Shown here: positions 12,708 to 21,985 of the stretch, one piece after another | Position numbering within the stretch: the stretch's first letter is position 1 | Layout of the letters: each line of letters begins with the position of its first letter | Source of the DNA: an uncultured Acidimicrobiaceae bacterium | GTDB lineage: Bacteria; Actinomycetota; Acidimicrobiia; Acidimicrobiales; Bog-793 | DNA length: 41,879 bases | Reading direction: 5' to 3' | NCBI GenBank assembly: GCA_903845085.1 | Contig: CAIMWD010000020.1 | Location: 1-41,879 of the forward strand | The notes under the pieces: generated by a model | The model's input: only the letters and a program-made list of their open reading frames with translations | Told to the model about the DNA's origin: nothing | Database searches by the model: none | Made by a program: the position numbers and the translations under genes

Positions 12708-12887
12708 TCACCACAGCTGGCGCGGGTGGCGATCACCCTGAGGGATCCAACGACACCCACGCGAAACGAGGCGGTCGAACTTCCGCAGCCAGAACCAGGG
12801 AAGGTGGGACATCCCTTGCCGCCAATCGTGTGGCGTTGCGAGATCAAGGAGAGGAGATGGATCTGAGCTTGCGTTGGAGCTCTCCAT
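12708..12887 (-). CDS. Possible 59-aa Trp-rich small protein
   Basis: Read by hand, below the ORF-track cutoff: MESSNASSDP...WFWLRKFDRL...QLW*, preceded by GAGGTGAG 7 nt upstream; fills an otherwise empty 400-bp gap. Confidence 0.3.
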   Translation of the reverse strand: MESSNASSDPSPLLDLATPHDWRQGMSHLPWFWLRKFDRLVSRGCRWIPQGDRHPRQLW

Positions 12888-13031
12888 GTCTCAACTCACC
12901 TCGGCCCTCGCTGTGGTGCGATCCGGATCGGAACCGGAGGAGGCGCAGTTGCTAGCCTTGACCGGTGGCGTGGGTGGATGACGGCGCGCCGTAGGGACGG
13001 GGATGATGATGAGAAAAAGGGTGCTCGCCCG

Positions 13032-14372
13032 ATGAGCACGACACCGCTCGCGAGCTTTGCGGAGCGGCTCGTGGAGCTCTCGCAAAGCTCGCTTCCCGAA
13101 GCGGTCGTTCATGAGACGAGACGGACTTTCATGAATGTGCTCGGAACGGCGATCGGCGCAAGTCGCTCAAGCGAACTTGATGCACTATTGCGTACGGGGG
13201 TCGCTCTGGGTGGCACCGAACTCGCGGTCCTCGGCCGTCACGAGCGCGTCGACCGCTACTATGCGGCACTCGCGCTTGGATTTGCTGCACACTTCGATGA
13301 TTTCGATGACACTCATCTCGTAACGGTGATCCATCCAGGTGCCGCAACGATGGCAGCGATCTATCCCATTGCACTCTGCGAGGAGAGCCCGGCAGATCAG
13401 GTGCTCATGGCAATGGCACTGGGAGTGGAGGCGCAGCTGCGAGTGGGGCTCGCGATGACGCCCTCGCACTACGACCTTGGCTGGCACATCACGGGAACCT
13501 GCGGCGTCATCGGTGCCGCGGTCGCCGCTGGAGTGCTCTTTGAGTTAGATGCTGACCAGCTCGGCGCCGCAATGGCGATCGCTGCAGGAATGACCGTCGG
13601 TCAGCGCGAGGCCTTTGGGACGCCAATCAAGCCATTTCACGCGGGCAAAGCTGCAGCCAATGGTCTACTGGCTGCATCGCTCGCTCGCGCAGGACTCATC
13701 GCCGACACTGGCCTTCTCACCGACGATGGTGGCTACTTCTCCGTGTTGTCAAAGGAGTGGTCTACGCAGTGGCTTGACCCAGCAGATCTTGGCGACCGTT
13801 GGACGGTTCTCGACAACACCTACAAGCCCTTTCCCTGTGGAATTGTCGCGCATCCGGCGATCGAGGCGGCAACACTTTTACACCCTGTACTTCATGGACG
13901 CACCGACGAGGAGATCGTTGAGGTGCGTGTCGCCTGTAATCCCCTCGTGGTGGAGCTGATGGGACGGAGCTCCGCCTCGACGGGATTGGAGGCGCGATTC
14001 TGCGCAATCCATGGGGTCACCGTCGGTCTTCTCTGCGGTCGCGGGGGCCTGCATGAGTTCTCTGATGAGATGTCAGTGGATCCGAGAGTGGTGGCAGTAC
14101 GTGATCGGACACGTCTCTATCCCGATGAGTCGATTGGGCGTCAGGGAGCGACCGTGACCGTCGTATTCGCTGATGGCGCGCAGATAAGCGAGACCGTGGT
14201 TGCTGCCTCCGGTTCGATGGAGCGACCGCTCACCGATGAGCAACTCACGGACAAATTCGAGTCGCTCGTCGCGCCGATCCTTGGCAACCGAGCCGGGCTT
14301 TTGGCGAGTTATGCGATGGAACTTGGCGACCGTACAATTGCCGAGATCGACGCGGTGGTGGTGGGACGGTGA
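13032..14372 (+). CDS. MmgE/PrpD family protein
   Basis: HFDDFDDTH...IHPG, GWHITGTCG, KPFHAG, YKPFPCG..HP; start probably ATG 13032. Confidence 0.9.
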   Translation: MSTTPLASFAERLVELSQSSLPEAVVHETRRTFMNVLGTAIGASRSSELDALLRTGVALGGTELAVLGRHERVDRYYAALALGFAAHFDDFDDTHLVTVIHPGAATMAAIYPIALCEESPADQVLMAMALGVEAQLRVGLAMTPSHYDLGWHITGTCGVIGAAVAAGVLFELDADQLGAAMAIAAGMTVGQREAFGTPIKPFHAGKAAANGLLAASLARAGLIADTGLLTDDGGYFSVLSKEWSTQWLDPADLGDRWTVLDNTYKPFPCGIVAHPAIEAATLLHPVLHGRTDEEIVEVRVACNPLVVELMGRSSASTGLEARFCAIHGVTVGLLCGRGGLHEFSDEMSVDPRVVAVRDRTRLYPDESIGRQGATVTVVFADGAQISETVVAASGSMERPLTDEQLTDKFESLVAPILGNRAGLLASYAMELGDRTIAEIDAVVVGR

Positions 14373-15235
14373 TCGACCTCAGCGAGGAACTCACCACCCG
14401 GCTTATCGATCTCTCAACGGTCACGCTCCCCGAGCGAGCAATGGCGCACGCGCAACAGCTCTGTGATGTCGTGTTGACTCGGGCCCTTCTGCATAGGGAT
14501 GATCCACTGGTCGGGATGCTCGGCGCTGTTTTTGATGAGGTCACCCCTCGCCGGGCAACGCCCTCAGCGATCGGTCCAACCGATCTCGGGGCATTTGCTA
14601 CCTCGCTCGCTGCTGGAGCGCTGGTCGACGTCTCCACGGAGGAGATCAGTGAGCGCATCTCGATTGTTGCAGCTGTTGCTGCACTTACCACTGCACAGCT
14701 CCGGCCGACTATGGGCCTCACCCTCCTCCGCGCGGTAGCGCTCGGTGCGGCGGCAGGCGAGCATCTGGCGAGCGCTCTCGGGCCCGATCACCAGGAGCGC
14801 GGTTGGGACGTAATTGGAAGTGCTGGACGTCTCGCAGCCGGAGTGGCAGCTGGAGTGGTACTGGGTCTGAACGCTGCGCAGCTGCGCGCCGCCTTTGGCT
14901 TCACCAGCACGACCGCAGGTGGTCTCTCTATCGCGGGGGCGCAGCTCGGGATGCTTACCGGTGCACTCGCAGCGCGAGACGGTGTTGAGGCCGCTCTCCT
15001 TGCCCATGAGGGTCTAATCGGTCCGCCGCTCCCCCTTGAGGGACGGCGGGGACTGTTTGCTCTCGTCGCACCAGAGGGTGATCCAGAGGCGCTACTCGCC
15101 GCAATAGGTCACTCCTGGGTCGAGTCTTCCGCAGGCACGCCGCAACGATTTCATGAGGCAGTTGCGACGCTCGCCACGGGAGAGGTGGATCCGCTGATGC
15201 GGCTGTTTGCGGCGGAGCTCGCCGCGGAGCGGTAG
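14369..15235 (+). CDS. Degenerate MmgE/PrpD N-terminal-domain paralog
   Basis: RGWD..GSAG, AARDGVEAALLA, LEGRRGLF match the family N-domain; the His motifs and the C-domain are absent; GTGA overlap with the upstream gene. Confidence 0.75.
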   Translation: MIDLSEELTTRLIDLSTVTLPERAMAHAQQLCDVVLTRALLHRDDPLVGMLGAVFDEVTPRRATPSAIGPTDLGAFATSLAAGALVDVSTEEISERISIVAAVAALTTAQLRPTMGLTLLRAVALGAAAGEHLASALGPDHQERGWDVIGSAGRLAAGVAAGVVLGLNAAQLRAAFGFTSTTAGGLSIAGAQLGMLTGALAARDGVEAALLAHEGLIGPPLPLEGRRGLFALVAPEGDPEALLAAIGHSWVESSAGTPQRFHEAVATLATGEVDPLMRLFAAELAAER

Positions 15236-16375
15236 ATGTTGACTTTGCGCACGATCGCGCCAAGGAGCCATGGGGTATGGCGGTGGCCGTTTGCTCTCGC
15301 CGTGCTGTTGATGATGGTCATGAATGGAACTGTCGCCGAGGCGGCGACGCATCTCACTCCTGCCCCGACGGTTACATCAACGGCACTGCCGCCAGCGACG
15401 GTCGCGGCAACTTATTCGGCGACACTGCTCGCGAGCGGTGGTACCGCACCCTATAACTGGTCGCTTGCCTCCGGCGCGGTGCCACTCGGTCTCGTCCTCT
15501 CATCGAGCGGAACGCTCATCGGTATCCCAGCTCTCGCAGCGACGAACACAGTCTCGGTGCGTGTGACCGACGCGCTCGGTGCTGCCTCCGTTGCCACAGT
15601 GACGCTGTTGGTGCACCCGGCTCCCGCTCCGCCAGAGCTCGTCTCCGTTGTAACGGCAGCTGGCCAACTGGTGCAGGAGGAGGCGTCGAGTCAGGCGATC
15701 TCACAGTCGACACTCCCCGCGGCTCCGATCGTGGCGGCGGCCGACGTAGCGAACGGCCATGGCGGCTGGGTCGTGAACTCGCGCGGTGTGGTGTCAGGGT
15801 TCGGAGGTGCGCAGTCGCTGGGAGGTTTGAGCACCCGACGCGCCCGGTCGGGGGTGATCGGAATCGCTGCAAACCTCACGGGTTCCGGTTATTGGATCGC
15901 AACCGCCGATGGATATGTGGGTGGATTTGGTTCGGTGCATGCATCAGGCACTCTGCGAGGGCTGCATCACTCCGATGCCGTTGTGGCGATCGCTGCGGCT
16001 GCGCACGGTGGTTACTACCTGCTGCAACGCAACGGTGTCGTTACTGGCTTTGGTGGTGCTCGTGCGCTCGGTTCTCTGCACGCGCGACGAGAGCACGTTG
16101 TCCCCGTCGCGATATCGGCGACACCCTCGGGTAGCGGTTATTGGATCGCCACCGCAAGCGGCGCCATCTTTCGCTTCGGCGTGGCACGGAGGTGGCACCT
16201 TGCCGGTGAAGCGGTGAGTGGCACCGTGGTTGCCATGGCGCGGGCGAGTAATGGCACGGGCTTCTATCTCCTCACCGATTCGGGTGCCATCTTCCCCTTT
16301 GGCGCGGTGAGCCACCTCGCGCCGATGGTGCTCCCCGTCGGCGACCACGCAGTCGCAATCGCGGCAGCGGTCTGA
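15236..16375 (+). CDS. Secreted protein with a putative Ig (He_PIG-like) domain and five GYW..G.V..FG repeats
   Basis: Signal peptide; 'LPPATVAATYSATLLASGGTAPYNWSLASGAVPLGL...VRVTDALG' Ig-like domain; five ~40-aa repeats such as GSGYWIATADGYVGGFG. Confidence 0.8.
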   Translation: MLTLRTIAPRSHGVWRWPFALAVLLMMVMNGTVAEAATHLTPAPTVTSTALPPATVAATYSATLLASGGTAPYNWSLASGAVPLGLVLSSSGTLIGIPALAATNTVSVRVTDALGAASVATVTLLVHPAPAPPELVSVVTAAGQLVQEEASSQAISQSTLPAAPIVAAADVANGHGGWVVNSRGVVSGFGGAQSLGGLSTRRARSGVIGIAANLTGSGYWIATADGYVGGFGSVHASGTLRGLHHSDAVVAIAAAAHGGYYLLQRNGVVTGFGGARALGSLHARREHVVPVAISATPSGSGYWIATASGAIFRFGVARRWHLAGEAVSGTVVAMARASNGTGFYLLTDSGAIFPFGAVSHLAPMVLPVGDHAVAIAAAV

Positions 16376-16459
16376 GAGACTTTGGGTGTCAACTCCGCAT
16401 CTCCTGCGGAGCATTGTTCTCGTCTGGGCTCGCGCTCGTGCGCGTTGCACGCGGCTGCG

Positions 16460-17308
16460 TTATCGCCCGGTCGAGGAAGCTCTTTCCATGAGTTCGCTCA
16501 GCACCTCGTCGGGAACGAGAAGATCCCCGGTGCCCACACCGATGGAGATATCTGGCTTGTAGCTCCCATGAAAGTCGGAGCCTCCGGTCGGTACGAGTCC
16601 ATTGCGTCGTGCGAGAGCAGCGAGTTGCTCGCGAAGTTCGGGGCTATACCGACCGTAGTAACTCTCTAATCCAACGAGCCCTACCTTCGCCCACTCTTCG
16701 ACCTGAGCCTCCAGTTCATAACGTTCGAGGCCGAGGCTGTAGGGATGTGCAACCGCATTGACGCCTCCCGATCGTGTGGTGAGTGCGATCACCGTCTCGA
16801 TGGTGACACGAGATTTAGGGATATACGCAGGACGGCCGGTGCCAAGCAATCGATCGAAGGCCTCGTCGATGGATTTCACCACACCTCGATCGACAAGTAC
16901 TGCGGCAACATGCGGCCGTCCGATACCCCGTCCGCCGGCCCGTTCCGCGACCTCCTCGAGGGTGATCGGGATACCGAGTTCGTTGAGACGGGTGATCAAT
17001 CGCTCATTTCGCATGGCGCGGTCCTCTTGCAGTCGGATGAGCTCCTCTTGGAGTGCACCGGGACCATCAACGACGAAGTAGCAGAGCACGTGCAGCGAGG
17101 AGTTCTGGTAGAGACAGGAGACCTCACAGCCTGAGACGAGCGTGATCCCGAGCTCATTGGCACGTCGCGCCGCTTCGGGGAGCCCCTCAAGCCCATCGTG
17201 ATCGGTGAGGGCGATGGCGGTCAGCCCTGCTGCCGCAGCCAATTCAATGACTCGGGTGGGTGACTCTGAGCCATCGGAGAAGTTCGAGTGGCTGTGGAGG
17301 TCGATCAC
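16460..17308 (-). CDS. PHP-domain phosphoesterase (TrpH/YciV-like)
   Basis: IDLHSHSNFSDG, ALTDHD, GRPHVA, AVAHP, TGGSDFHG; TAGACT 6 nt before the GTG start. Confidence 0.93.
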   Translation of the reverse strand: MIDLHSHSNFSDGSESPTRVIELAAAAGLTAIALTDHDGLEGLPEAARRANELGITLVSGCEVSCLYQNSSLHVLCYFVVDGPGALQEELIRLQEDRAMRNERLITRLNELGIPITLEEVAERAGGRGIGRPHVAAVLVDRGVVKSIDEAFDRLLGTGRPAYIPKSRVTIETVIALTTRSGGVNAVAHPYSLGLERYELEAQVEEWAKVGLVGLESYYGRYSPELREQLAALARRNGLVPTGGSDFHGSYKPDISIGVGTGDLLVPDEVLSELMERASSTGR

Positions 17309-17429
17309 ACTCTGAGTCTACCGAGCAGCGGTGTCAGCTCCTCGGGAGGTGAGCAAAGTGGAGAAATATGGCTGTTTATCGCGAAGAAATACGAATGGCC
17401 GATGACCGATCGGTGGCAGAATGGATTAA

Positions 17430-18860
17430 GTGAAAGAGGCCTGCGGGGTATTTGGGATCTACGCCCCTGGCGTCGATGTTGCGCACCTCGTCTTTGATGG
17501 GCTCTTTGCACTGCAGCACCGTGGTCAAGAGTCTGCCGGAATGGCCGTCAGCGACGGCACGGAGATCGTCGTCTCGAAGGAGATGGGCCTTGTTACCTCG
17601 GCCTTTGATGGGCGCAAGCTCGCGGCGCTCACCGGCCATCTCGCGCTAGGACACGTGCGTTATTCGACCGGTGGAGCGAGCACCTGGCAGAACGCACAGC
17701 CGGTCTATCGAAGTGTTGGTGATCAGGGTTTTGCGCTGGGTCACAATGGCAACCTCACCAACGTTGCGGAGCTAGAGGCAGAGCAGAACATGCTGCCCGG
17801 GATCTCAAGCTCCGATAGCGATCTCGTCGCGGAGCTCCTCGCACTCACCATCGCCGGCGAAGGCGAGCTCGCCTCTACCAACGCGTTGGAGGAGGCATTG
17901 CGTGTCGTCCTTCCACGGTTATGGGGCGCCTACTCCTTTGGTCTGATCGATACGCAGCATCTCATTGCAGTTCGCGATCCCAATGGCTTCCGTCCGCTCT
18001 GTCTTGGCAGACTCGAGCCATCGGAGACTTCGCCCGGCGGATGGGTCATCGCCTCAGAGAGCCCCGCGCTTGACATCGTGGGCGCCTCCTTTGTGCGTGA
18101 GCTTGAGCCAGGTGAGATGGTCATCATCGATGACAGCGGACCTCGGTCGGTCTTCCCCTTTCCCGAGTCGCGGATCGACCCTCGGTTGTGTGTCTTTGAG
18201 TTCGTTTACTTCGCCCGACCTGATACCAAGCTCTTTGGCAAGGAGATTCACGCAGCGCGTCATCGCATGGGCCAGCAGCTGGCTGCGGAGTCGATGGTGG
18301 ATGCGGACATCGTGCTCGGCGTACCCGACTCGGGTGTTCCTGCGGCGGAGGGGTTTGCCGAGGCGAGTGGCATCCCGTTCGGGCAGGGACTGGTCAAGAA
18401 CCGCTATATCGGCCGTACTTTTATCGCCCCAACACACCAAGCACGTGTCGATGCGGTTCGTCGCAAGTTAAATCCGCTCCGAGAATCGGTAGAGGGTAAA
18501 CGTCTCGTCGTTGTCGATGATTCGGTGGTGCGTGGCACCACAACCGGTCAGATCGTACGGATGCTCAAAGAGGCCGGCGCACTTGAGGTGCACCTTCGGA
18601 TCTCCTCACCACCGTTTGCGTGGCCCTGTTTTTATGGGATCGATACCCCCTCACGGGATGAGCTCCTTGCGGCACGCATGGATGCCTCGGAGATGGCTGA
18701 ATTTCTCGGTGCAGATTCGGTCGCCTTCTTGAGTCTCGAGGGCCTCGCAAAGGCGATCGATGCGGATGGAGCAGGTTTCTGTAGCGCCTGTCTTACCGGC
18801 TCTTACCCCACGCCAGTTCCCGTCAAAATCTCCTCCGATCGCATCCTCGCGACCTCCTAG
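17430..18860 (+). CDS. purF: Amidophosphoribosyltransferase
   Basis: EACGVFG (catalytic Cys), LQHRGQESAG, GHVRYST, HNGNLTN, VVVDDSVVRGTT, Fe-S cysteines in PCFYGID and CSACLTG. Confidence 0.97.
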   Translation: MKEACGVFGIYAPGVDVAHLVFDGLFALQHRGQESAGMAVSDGTEIVVSKEMGLVTSAFDGRKLAALTGHLALGHVRYSTGGASTWQNAQPVYRSVGDQGFALGHNGNLTNVAELEAEQNMLPGISSSDSDLVAELLALTIAGEGELASTNALEEALRVVLPRLWGAYSFGLIDTQHLIAVRDPNGFRPLCLGRLEPSETSPGGWVIASESPALDIVGASFVRELEPGEMVIIDDSGPRSVFPFPESRIDPRLCVFEFVYFARPDTKLFGKEIHAARHRMGQQLAAESMVDADIVLGVPDSGVPAAEGFAEASGIPFGQGLVKNRYIGRTFIAPTHQARVDAVRRKLNPLRESVEGKRLVVVDDSVVRGTTTGQIVRMLKEAGALEVHLRISSPPFAWPCFYGIDTPSRDELLAARMDASEMAEFLGADSVAFLSLEGLAKAIDADGAGFCSACLTGSYPTPVPVKISSDRILATS

Positions 18861-18927
18861 GACCTATCTTAAGAGGGACATACTGCATGGGCTCGAGGAA
18901 CTGATGCCTGTGGGGCACGAGGAGACG

Positions 18928-19653
18928 ATGATGACAGGGGACGCAGCTTCGAACGCGGCGATCTGGCAGTCCGATGAGGGCGCACGTGCCTATCTCTCCA
19001 AACAGGAGGCACGTGAGGCAAAACGGCGTGCGCAGTGGCGCCTCATGGGCGAACTCCTGCCCTACGCCGATGACGTGGCCTTCACCCTTTTAGACATCGG
19101 CGCCGGCTCTGGCCCTAATGCACGGGCGATCCTTGATCTCTTTCCCAATGCCACGGCGATCCTCGCCGACTTCTCCCCGGCGATGATGTCCGAGGGTCTT
19201 ACGGCGATGGCTCCCTATGAGGGTCGCTATCGCTACATCACCTTTGATATGACCAGTGGTGAGTGGCCGAGCGAGGTTCCGACCGATCTCGGAGCCGTTG
19301 TTACCTCACAGTGCGTCCATCACATCGATGATTCGGCGAAGGAGCGACTCTTTGCCGGGATCTATGCGCACCTTCGTCCCGGTGGCTGGTATCTCAATTT
19401 TGATCCGATCAACGCTGGCGACCCCCTAGTCGATGCAGCGTGGCAACGTGCCAATGAGCGGCAGGACCCAGCCACCGCTGCGAGTGAGCGCAATCGAACT
19501 CCGGAGGAGGAGCACCGCCACGCAAACCACGTGCGATACATGATTCCGCTTGCACCTCAGTTGGACTATCTCGCCAAAGCCGGATTCGCCGCGATCGACA
19601 TCTACTGGAAGCACCTCGATTACGTCGTCTACGGCGGCGCAAAACCGCAGTAG
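18928..19653 (+). CDS. Class I SAM-dependent methyltransferase
   Basis: LLDIGAGSG, ADFSPAM, VHH, LRPGGW; GAGGAG RBS before ATG 18928/18931. Confidence 0.88.
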   Translation: MMTGDAASNAAIWQSDEGARAYLSKQEAREAKRRAQWRLMGELLPYADDVAFTLLDIGAGSGPNARAILDLFPNATAILADFSPAMMSEGLTAMAPYEGRYRYITFDMTSGEWPSEVPTDLGAVVTSQCVHHIDDSAKERLFAGIYAHLRPGGWYLNFDPINAGDPLVDAAWQRANERQDPATAASERNRTPEEEHRHANHVRYMIPLAPQLDYLAKAGFAAIDIYWKHLDYVVYGGAKPQ

Positions 19654-19756
19654 CAGCCGCGTGTTGATCTCGTGACGCGGAGAGATCAAGACACCGCTAC
19701 CCGCGGTGAGCGTTGGATCGCTTCCGTGAGAACCAGCGATCAGCAAAAAAAAAATC

Positions 19757-19832
19757 TGGTGGTCGAGACCGGCGTCGATCCGGTGACCTCACGCTTTTCA
19801 GGCGCGCGCTCTGCCAACTGAGCTACTCGACC
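19757..19832 (-). tRNA. tRNA-Phe(GAA)
   Basis: 76-nt cloverleaf GGTCGAG...CTCGACC-A-CCA; anticodon arm CGCGC CTGAAAA GCGTG; CCA encoded. Confidence 0.97.
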
Positions 19833-19869
19833 AGGCTGTCCACAACTCCGGGGGAGTAGGAGGACGAGC

Positions 19870-19947
19870 TGGCGGACCTGACGAGATTTGAACTCGCGAC
19901 CTCCGCCTTGACAGGGCGGCGTGCACTCCAGGCTGCACCACAGGTCC
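19870..19947 (-). tRNA. tRNA-Asp(GTC)
   Basis: 78-nt cloverleaf GGACCTG...CAGGTCC-G-CCA; anticodon arm CCGCC CTGTCAA GGCGG. Confidence 0.97.
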
Positions 19948-20096
19948 GTGTACTGCGGTGCCAAAAGGCACCTCCACCGTCAGATCGCTCTGGCAGCGGA
20001 GTTCCATCCTAGGTCATGCGGTTGGGGTTGGTATTACACCGATGGCGGGGAAGATCTTCGCCGGATCGGCGGGAGAAGCCCACTATGGTGAGCTAG

Positions 20097-20666
20097 GTGA
20101 GGGGTCCCATGTGGCTAATCGCAGGATTGTTGCTCGGCGCGACCGTACTCTCGTTCCTCACGAGCTTTCACACACAGCTCCACGGTCACCTTGCAACGCT
20201 CTTTTTCGGTGTCATCGCCGGTGGCTGGCTGATCGATATGGCGGTCAGGGGTGAGGCCTCCGCGGAGCTTTGGCTCCTCTTTGGAGCCGATCTCTCACTT
20301 GCTGTCGGCACCGGCACACTCGCCTACCGGGGCATTATCGCGCCGGCCGCCTCGGTTCTCTCGCCCAACTCGCTCCTTGTCGGTGCCACGGGAATCGCCT
20401 TGAGCGATCTCTCACCCTCGGGCACGGTCCGCGTGAGCGGCGAACAGTGGTCTGCAGATTCACTCGCTGGCGACATCGCTCGCGGTATGGCGATCACGGT
20501 GATGAGCCTGCGGGGAATCCGGCTTGAGGTGGTGCCAGAGGTCGTCGGTGCACTTCCCGACGGTCTCTTTGAGTTGGATGGGCGATCGGGGGCGCCGGAA
20601 CTCTCCGCGCTCCCTTCATCGGGTGAGGCAGATGCCGGCATGAGATGGTTAACGACCCCGCGGTAG
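20097..20666 (+). CDS. NfeD-like membrane protein with C-terminal OB fold
   Basis: Three hydrophobic segments, then 'LVGATGIALSDLSPSGTVRVSGEQWSA'; TATGGT 7 nt before the GTG. Confidence 0.8.
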   Translation: MRGPMWLIAGLLLGATVLSFLTSFHTQLHGHLATLFFGVIAGGWLIDMAVRGEASAELWLLFGADLSLAVGTGTLAYRGIIAPAASVLSPNSLLVGATGIALSDLSPSGTVRVSGEQWSADSLAGDIARGMAITVMSLRGIRLEVVPEVVGALPDGLFELDGRSGAPELSALPSSGEADAGMRWLTTPR

Positions 20667-20879
20667 CGGTAGTTGAGGATGCAGGAGGGCGATGCATCGT
20701 AGATCGTGCGAAAAAGCCAGTAAAACCGCGAGAAACCGGGAGAGTATCCCCAAGAATTGTGGTGGAGATAGGCCGCACCGTCTCTCGCTAGATATCGGAT
20801 TCGCTCCCCGAGAGCAGGATTCCGCAATCACGGTAGTCGCGTGAGATATTGGTTTGACGAGGGGAACTATGGGAGATCC

Positions 20880-21857
20880 ATGATGAGTGCACTGCCAAAG
20901 GTATTTATCGCGCGACCACCGGAGGGTGACGCGCTCGACCGGCTGCGTCCTTATGCGGAGGTGGTGGTCTGGGGAGAGGATCGACCCGCATCGAGGGAGG
21001 AGTTGATCGCACATGCCCATGACGCAGTGGGTGTCCTCACCTCCGTCGCTGATCGTATCGACGAGGCGGTACTCGATGCCTGCCCCAATCTGCGCGTGGT
21101 CTCGAATATGGCCGTTGGCTATGACAACTTTGATGTGGCTCGATTGACCCAACGTGGCATCGCTGCCGGCAACACACCGGGCGTCTTAACCGACGCAACC
21201 GCGGACATCGCCATGGCGCTCATCCTCGCCTCAACGCGTCGCATAGTGGAGGGGCACAACGCGCTTCTTGCGGGTGAGTGGACAAGTTGGAACGCCTCAT
21301 TCATGCTCGGCTTTGAGATCTCCGGTGCAACACTTGGCCTCATCGGCACCGGTCGTATTGGACTCGCGGTGGCGCGCCGTGCGCAGGCGTTCTCGATGCG
21401 GGTGCTCGCGACCTCACGTACACGCCGAGCAGAGCCGGGAATTGAATACGTCGAACTCGATCAGCTGCTTAGCGAGAGTGATGTAGTTTCCGTGCATGTC
21501 GCATTGAATGAACAGACGCGGGGAATGGTCGGCGAGCGAGAGATCGGTCTCATGAAGCCGACATCCTTTCTCGTCAATACCGCGCGAGGCGCAATCGTCG
21601 ATCAACGGGCGCTCGCTACGGCGCTAAATCGTGGTGCAATCGCCGGTGCCGGTATTGATGTCTACTGCGAGGAGCCAGTTGCGCTCGACGATCCGATTGT
21701 GCAGGCACCCAACGTCGTGCTCCTGCCCCATATTGGGTCGGCGACGACGAAGACGCGACGGGCGATGGCTGATCTCGCTGTCGACAATCTGATCGCCGGC
21801 CTTGCCGGTCGCCCGCTGGTGCACTGCATCAATCCCGAGGTCTACAACCAGCGCTAA
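20880..21857 (+). CDS. D-isomer 2-hydroxyacid dehydrogenase (glyoxylate/hydroxypyruvate reductase-like)
   Basis: MAVGYDN, NTPGVLTDATAD, GLIGTGRIG, VNTARG, LPHIGSAT. Confidence 0.93.
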   Translation: MMSALPKVFIARPPEGDALDRLRPYAEVVVWGEDRPASREELIAHAHDAVGVLTSVADRIDEAVLDACPNLRVVSNMAVGYDNFDVARLTQRGIAAGNTPGVLTDATADIAMALILASTRRIVEGHNALLAGEWTSWNASFMLGFEISGATLGLIGTGRIGLAVARRAQAFSMRVLATSRTRRAEPGIEYVELDQLLSESDVVSVHVALNEQTRGMVGEREIGLMKPTSFLVNTARGAIVDQRALATALNRGAIAGAGIDVYCEEPVALDDPIVQAPNVVLLPHIGSATTKTRRAMADLAVDNLIAGLAGRPLVHCINPEVYNQR

Positions 21858-21924
21858 GCCCTGCAGACGAGCTCGTCCCGTGGCACAGAGGTGTCCTGCT
21901 CCAGCGGTTGTGCTACCGAAATAC

Positions 21925-21979
21925 ATTCAGAAATATCACAGTAAACCTTCGATTAACTCACAGACAACGCACATAGTTT
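21925..21979 (+). promoter_or_regulatory. 11-bp phased repeats (OmpR-family-type site) and leaderless -10
   Basis: ATTCAG 21925, TCACAG 21936, TCACAG 21958, GCACAT 21969; TAGTTT 21974-21979 then 6 nt to the ATG. Confidence 0.5.
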
Positions 21980-21985
21980 GCCCTC

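Noticed and set aside
20700-20800. c-di-GMP-like riboswitch
   Set aside because: Superficial AAACC...GAAA...GGGA similarity only; the required stems and downstream motif are not found.
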